Below, piece after piece: positions 48,001 through 52,123 of a stretch of 52,123 nucleotides of DNA (the stretch's first letter is position 1; the number at the start of each line of letters is the position of its first letter). The notes beneath the pieces were generated by a model, which was not told the origin of the DNA, made no database searches, and saw only the letters and a program-made list of their open reading frames with translations. The stretch is from Coleofasciculus chthonoplastes F2-STO-03 (GTDB taxonomy: Bacteria > Cyanobacteriota > Cyanobacteriia > Cyanobacteriales > Coleofasciculaceae). The translations under genes were made by a program, and so were the position numbers. The stretch is from NCBI GenBank assembly GCA_040222015.1, contig JAVJWO010000016.1, positions 1-52,123 on the forward strand. The letters are read 5' to 3'.

Positions 48001-50533
48001 GCAGACAATTGAAATCCGTAATCGTTTTGGTGATTAACTGCGATCGCGAATAGCCATAAAACTTAACCGCCGCCCAATTCGCATCCGCAATCGCCCCCGT
48101 TTCCGAATCAATTAACAGTTTAATCGCCTTACTCCTCTCAAACATGGCACGAAACCGGGCTTCACTGTCTCGTAGGGCAGCTTCTGCCGCTTTGCGATCG
48201 CTAATATCGGTGTGTGATCCCACCATCCGCACCACAGTGCCCTGTTCATCCCACAGGGCTTGTCCGCGATCCAAAATCCATTTATAGGTGCCATCTTTAC
48301 ACAGGACGCGATGTTCACTGATATAATAGGGAGTCTTCTGATTAAAATGGTCTTGAACCATGTCCATCACTCCCTCTAAATCATCGGGATGGACTCGTTT
48401 CGACCATTCATCCAGATGATTGGGAATTTCATCCTCCTGATAGCCCAACATTTCTTTCCAACGGGGCGAAAAGAAAACCTCATTGGTTTTGACATTCCAA
48501 TCCCAGATGCCATCATTATTCCCCCGCAGGGCTAAATGCCAGCGTTCCTCACTCACCCGCAAGGCTTCCTCTGCCTGTTTGCGATCGGTAATATCAGAGG
48601 CAATCCCATCCAGTCGCAGTGGATCACCCTCCTGATGATATGTTACTCGCCCCCGGTCATAAAGCCAGCGAATTTCTCCATCCGGTCGCTGAATCCGATA
48701 TTCTAGGCTGTATGTCCCCTGTGCGAGTAACTGCTGATGAAAGAGACTAACCTGGGCATAATCATCCGGATGAACCACCTCTAGCCGCAGGTGTGGATGG
48801 TCAAAAAAGTCTTGCACCGGACGCCCATACACCCGTTCCGTGGCTGGATTCAGGTAAAGCACCTGATTAGTCGTTGCGGAGATTGACCAAACCACATCAT
48901 CGAAGGCATTGAGAATACCATCTAAGCGCTGTTTACTCTGGCGCAGTGCCACTTGAGTTCGCAAAGCTGAGATACCATAGGCTAAGTCATTAGCCAATTC
49001 GGTGAGTAATTTAACTTCAGCCGGATCAAATGCCTCAGGTTCGGTGGCATAGATATTTAATGCACCCAGACAGATTCCCTCTACAATTAAGGGTAAAGCA
49101 ATGGATGACGCATACCCCTGTTGACTAGCAGCATCTCGCCACAGTTGATAACTCGGATCAGTGAGAATATTTTGGATAATTCTGGGTTTTTGGGTGCGAA
49201 TAGCGGTTCCTGTCGGTCCGCCTCCATATTCATTATCTGCCCAACTAATCTGTAAGGCTTCAACGTAACCCTTCTCATACCCCGCTTGGGCAAACGGATG
49301 CACAGTTTTCGCCTGATCCTGTTGGGCAAAACCAATCCAGGCACAACGATAACCACCGAAGTCTACAATAATCTGGCAGATATTGTGCAGTAGGGTGATT
49401 TCATCGGTAGCCAAGACTAACGCCTGGTTGCATTCACTCAGGGTTCGCAGGGCGCGATTGGCGTGATAGAGTTCTTGTTCTGATTGTTTCAGCTCTGTGA
49501 TATCCTGCGTTACAGCCATCCCTGCCATCAGTTCGCCCGTCTGGTTTCTCAGGGGTAGGGCATGGATAATAAAAATGCGATCGCCAAAGGGCATCTCACG
49601 GGTAACGGTTTCGCCCGCTAAGACTTGGCGATAGAGGGGTTCTAGCTGGGTACAAGTTTGGGTTGGTAAGCATTCCCAGATGGTTTTCCCTTCTAATTGG
49701 GGTTTGGATAAACTGACACTAGCTAAACCACTCCCATCTGCCAGTAAATAGCGTAATTCATGATTAAATAAAAGCACCGCCCCATTGGGGAAATTTTCCA
49801 CCACTGCCCGATAACGGGCTTCACTCTCCCGCCAACGGCGATCGCTTTTTTGTAAATGGTGTTCTAAACGGTAGGATAAATAGGCAGCGAGAAGGGAACC
49901 ACCGATACCGATAATCACCGCAACTGCCAAGACAACACCAGTAAACTGTTGCTGTTGGTCTAAGGTTTGCTTGAGTCGCGTCTCTTCCTCTTGTTCAACG
50001 ATCTGAAACTGCTGGATTTGCTCATTAACCTGATCCATGACTTGCTTCCCCTCCACCAGTTGATCCATGAATTCTGGAGATTCCGTAGCGGTTTCCGGTT
50101 GGGCATCCACTAATCGGAGATTGCGTTGAAGTAAGCTGACTCTAGCGGTAACTAATTCACGAATCCGTTGCAGGCGACTGGCTTGGGCGTGTTCTTGGGC
50201 AATGAGTTGACGCAATTGATCCAGAGTTACTGGAATTTGCGCGATCGCGGATTCATAGCGATCCAGAAAGTCTTGACGGCGGGTAATTTCATAGCCTCGG
50301 ACAGCGGTTTCAGCTTGCAGGAGATTTGCGTATAAGCGTTCCGTTTCCAGACGCACCCGCTGGGTATGTTGCAACCGAGTTTCGGCTTGGGTGGTTTGGA
50401 ATTGCAACCAGCCAAATGTGGCGAGTGAGGTGACTAGACAGGTGACAGGAATTGCCAGGATCAACTGGCGTTTTTGTTGACGGGAAATCCTGATCTGGCG
50501 AGATAGTCGAGGTTGGGCGAGGTTGCTATCCAT
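45071..50533 (-). CDS. Multi-sensor hybrid histidine kinase (CHASE3, PAS, GAF, multiple PAS/PAC, HisKA, HATPase, two REC)
   Basis: AETAVRGY (CHASE3), GAF segment, repeated DITxRK PAC ends, SHELRTPL, NAVKF and two receiver domains. Confidence 0.95.
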   Translation of the reverse strand: MDSNLAQPRLSRQIRISRQQKRQLILAIPVTCLVTSLATFGWLQFQTTQAETRLQHTQRVRLETERLYANLLQAETAVRGYEITRRQDFLDRYESAIAQIPVTLDQLRQLIAQEHAQASRLQRIRELVTARVSLLQRNLRLVDAQPETATESPEFMDQLVEGKQVMDQVNEQIQQFQIVEQEEETRLKQTLDQQQQFTGVVLAVAVIIGIGGSLLAAYLSYRLEHHLQKSDRRWRESEARYRAVVENFPNGAVLLFNHELRYLLADGSGLASVSLSKPQLEGKTIWECLPTQTCTQLEPLYRQVLAGETVTREMPFGDRIFIIHALPLRNQTGELMAGMAVTQDITELKQSEQELYHANRALRTLSECNQALVLATDEITLLHNICQIIVDFGGYRCAWIGFAQQDQAKTVHPFAQAGYEKGYVEALQISWADNEYGGGPTGTAIRTQKPRIIQNILTDPSYQLWRDAASQQGYASSIALPLIVEGICLGALNIYATEPEAFDPAEVKLLTELANDLAYGISALRTQVALRQSKQRLDGILNAFDDVVWSISATTNQVLYLNPATERVYGRPVQDFFDHPHLRLEVVHPDDYAQVSLFHQQLLAQGTYSLEYRIQRPDGEIRWLYDRGRVTYHQEGDPLRLDGIASDITDRKQAEEALRVSEERWHLALRGNNDGIWDWNVKTNEVFFSPRWKEMLGYQEDEIPNHLDEWSKRVHPDDLEGVMDMVQDHFNQKTPYYISEHRVLCKDGTYKWILDRGQALWDEQGTVVRMVGSHTDISDRKAAEAALRDSEARFRAMFERSKAIKLLIDSETGAIADANWAAVKFYGYSRSQLITKTITDFNCLPPDQVQAEMRRAKLEERTYFVFPHRLASGEIREVEVYSSPIEIQGLTFLVSIIHDITERKQAERALQDSEERFRAIFEQASVGIALATPSGELLRVNQRYCEITGYPESELVGRRVQDITHPDDREQNIEYLQQLTSGKLSTYATEKRYIRHDGNYRWVYISISRVCDSENKPNYALAVVEDISDRKATEADLRDSEAKFRAFLESASEAIIVTNAQGEIIVFNAKAEELFGYNRTEVFGRNIEYLMPQPDHAIPTHHRADYLTHPSKRTMVKSQELYAQRRDGTEFPVEVGLSTIKTKNGIFVIVFLNDITERQQAEHEIKRLNQKLESQIRETETRYAQIVELAEEGIWVTDAQGNTTYINQAMARMLGYTEVDMLGHAIADFIPPGDNRFTSASSIPLNQNQVHRQEVELRTKSGNTIWAYMSTSPVLDDQENLLWSCALVYDITERKQAEKQLCESNERISLANAELARATRLKDEFLASMSHELRTPLNAILGLAEALQEEVYGSLTPKQHKSLATIEQSGKHLLDLINDILDLSKIESGKMSLSVSLVSVDSLCESSLTFIKQQAQQKNIRLDYHIAPGLSEIEVDERRIRQVLVNLLSNAVKFTPDGGKISLQVTTDPDGEQLQLSVTDTGIGIAPENLDKLFKPFVQLDSSLSRRYAGTGLGLALVRRIVELQGGSIALDSEVGKGSCFTVTLPWHHPSRIGERLRHPKLISGELRPIHKALVVEDSDASANHIARYLGELGITILIHPQGEGTIDAVQTFNPDVIILDILLPHISGWEVLVHLKANPATQSIPVVVVSVVDDPTQALELGASDYLLKPVSRPQLQSVLSQLFATPPEMHPPVVEAQLPLILLAEDNEANIVTLTDYLHSKGFRVILARNGLEAVQQVKQHTPDLILMDIQMPEMDGLESTRQIRADSDLPRMPIIAVTALAMPGDREKCLAAGATEYMAKPIRLKKLVALIEHYLHR

Positions 50534-50665
50534 GCTAGGTGCTGCATCCGAAAGCTGATTCCACTCATCTCTAGCATAGAAGTTTTGATTGTGTAGGGGC
50601 GGGTTTCACGATTAACCGTTTTTGTTACCCAGATGTAACTAAACCCGCCCTGAGGAGGGGTTTGG

Positions 50666-51904
50666 TTACTGGGTTTCGATGCGGATCAGTTGTCCGTTGG
50701 CTTCATCGGTGAGAATGTACAATAGTCCATCAGGACTTTGGCGCACATCCCGCACCCGTTGACCGATATCGATGGATGTCTCATTTACGACATTGCCGGA
50801 TTCATCAAGTTCAATATGGCGGACATCCCGTGAAACCAATCCCCCCGCAAATAAATCGCCTTGCCACTGGGGGACGCGATCGCTATCGTAGATAACCAGA
50901 CCCGATGGTGCGATCGCCGGAGTCCAGACGAGTTTGGGATCGACCAATCCTGGACGAGACTGCTGATCAGAAATGATTCCCCCAGAATATTCGCGGCTAT
51001 GGGTGATGAGGGGCCAACCGTAGTTTTCACCCGCTTCCACCAGATTTAATTCATCGCCGCCTCTGGCACCATGTTCCGTAGACCAAATTCGACGGGTTTG
51101 GGAATCAAAGGTGAGTCCTTGAATATTGCGATGTCCGTAACTCCAGATGGCTGGATCAGCGTCTGGTGATTCGACGAAGGGATTGTCATTGGGTATTGTA
51201 CCATCGTCGTTGAGCCGGATAATTTTACCTAAATGACTGCGGCGGTTCTGCGCCTGTTTACGGATTAAATCACCGTCGAGTTGAAGCGGTGGATTTCCCC
51301 CATCACCGATCGCGATTAACAGGGTATCGTCAGGTAACCAAACAATGCGGGAACCGAAGTGCTGTCCCCCCGATTTAAGCTGAGATACCTGGAAAATTAC
51401 CTCTAAATCGCTGAGGGCGCTACCATCAAATTTGGCACGGGCAACTCGTGTATGATTAGCTTGGCGCGTGCCGTGGGAATAGGTAAGATAAACCCAAGCA
51501 TTCTCAGAGAAGCGGGGATGAAGCGAGACATCCATTAACCCACCCTGCTGCACCGCAAAGACCTCTGGCACCCCAGCGATTGGTGTGGGATCGAGTACCC
51601 CATCGCGCACAATTCGCAGTTGTCCTGATCGCTCCGTAATCAGTATGGCACCATCGGGTAACCATGCCATCCCCCAGGGATGATCTAACCCTTGGATGAT
51701 GGTGGTTTTCTGGACACCTTGAGGAGTGGCGACTGGATCAGCCGACGCTGTTGCATCTGGCGATGAGGTGGAATCCTCCGATTCGGGTGGGGTTTTGGAA
51801 ACGGTGGCGGTATCGGATGGAGCGGTAAATGCACAACTGGTGAGTGTCACGAGCGCGATCGCACTCCCAGTTCCTTGGATCAGGCGAGCGATGTTGAAGT
51901 TCAT
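50666..51904 (-). CDS. PQQ-dependent glucose/sorbosone dehydrogenase family lipoprotein
   Basis: Lipobox LTSC, GLDHPWGMAW, GGLMDV, HFGSRI, YGHRNIQG, EHG..GGDE and NYGWP. Confidence 0.92.
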   Translation of the reverse strand: MNFNIARLIQGTGSAIALVTLTSCAFTAPSDTATVSKTPPESEDSTSSPDATASADPVATPQGVQKTTIIQGLDHPWGMAWLPDGAILITERSGQLRIVRDGVLDPTPIAGVPEVFAVQQGGLMDVSLHPRFSENAWVYLTYSHGTRQANHTRVARAKFDGSALSDLEVIFQVSQLKSGGQHFGSRIVWLPDDTLLIAIGDGGNPPLQLDGDLIRKQAQNRRSHLGKIIRLNDDGTIPNDNPFVESPDADPAIWSYGHRNIQGLTFDSQTRRIWSTEHGARGGDELNLVEAGENYGWPLITHSREYSGGIISDQQSRPGLVDPKLVWTPAIAPSGLVIYDSDRVPQWQGDLFAGGLVSRDVRHIELDESGNVVNETSIDIGQRVRDVRQSPDGLLYILTDEANGQLIRIETQ

Positions 51905-51922
51905 AATGATAGTCCGTCTGAT

Positions 51923-52123
51923 ATAAACTACCCAGACCTGCTAAGAGCTGAGGTCTGGGTTTTTAGTAGCCCTGAAGTCATCGAACAAGCTAAGACTTCG
52001 GCGTGAGCGCTCAGTCGAACGCTGAACATACTTAATAGTTCGGCTTAGCTTGCACGATAACCCCGTGCCTCCAGGCTGGTTTATAGACAGCCCCACAAGT
52101 GCAATATTATTGGCTCCATTAAA
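51923..52123 (-). mobile_element. tnpB: 3' end of a second IS200/IS605 element: TnpB C-terminus (52123..51941) plus right-end hairpin
   Basis: The minus frame FNGANNIALVGLSINQPGG..LSC is a post-RuvC-III TnpB tail. The hairpin ACCCAGACCT...AGGTCTGGGT is followed by AGTTTAT. Not in the ORF track because its start lies beyond the edge. Confidence 0.75.

Overview
Chromosomal window from a filamentous cyanobacterium. This is inferred from many HIP1 GCGATCGC octamers, heptamer STRR tracts, GTAG-type REP palindromes and the mreBCD/ssb/SIMPL/antiporter/amiC/murI gene order. Most ORFs are housekeeping, cell-wall, transport or two-component genes. Hidden from the ORF track, the ssb gene is split into three exons (29311-29374, 31748-31852, 34212-34405) by two different group II introns. 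Both introns have exon-complementary EBS1 loops and intact domains V/VI, but frameshifted HNH domains. A perfect cyanobacterial LexA box lies just upstream of the ssb ATG. Other notable items: a translationally coupled HEPN plus ParA-like/second-ATPase gene pair that looks like an uncharacterised defence module; an IscB-type omegaRNA (HEARO) element inserted in a Uma2 gene at the left edge; an IsrB/IscB remnant replacing the middle of an OmpR regulator; a complete TnpB with a rearranged catalytic site; the 3' end of a second TnpB at the right edge; and several 24-27 nt small dispersed repeats, two inserted in frame in genes. All calls come from reading motifs by eye; no searches were run.
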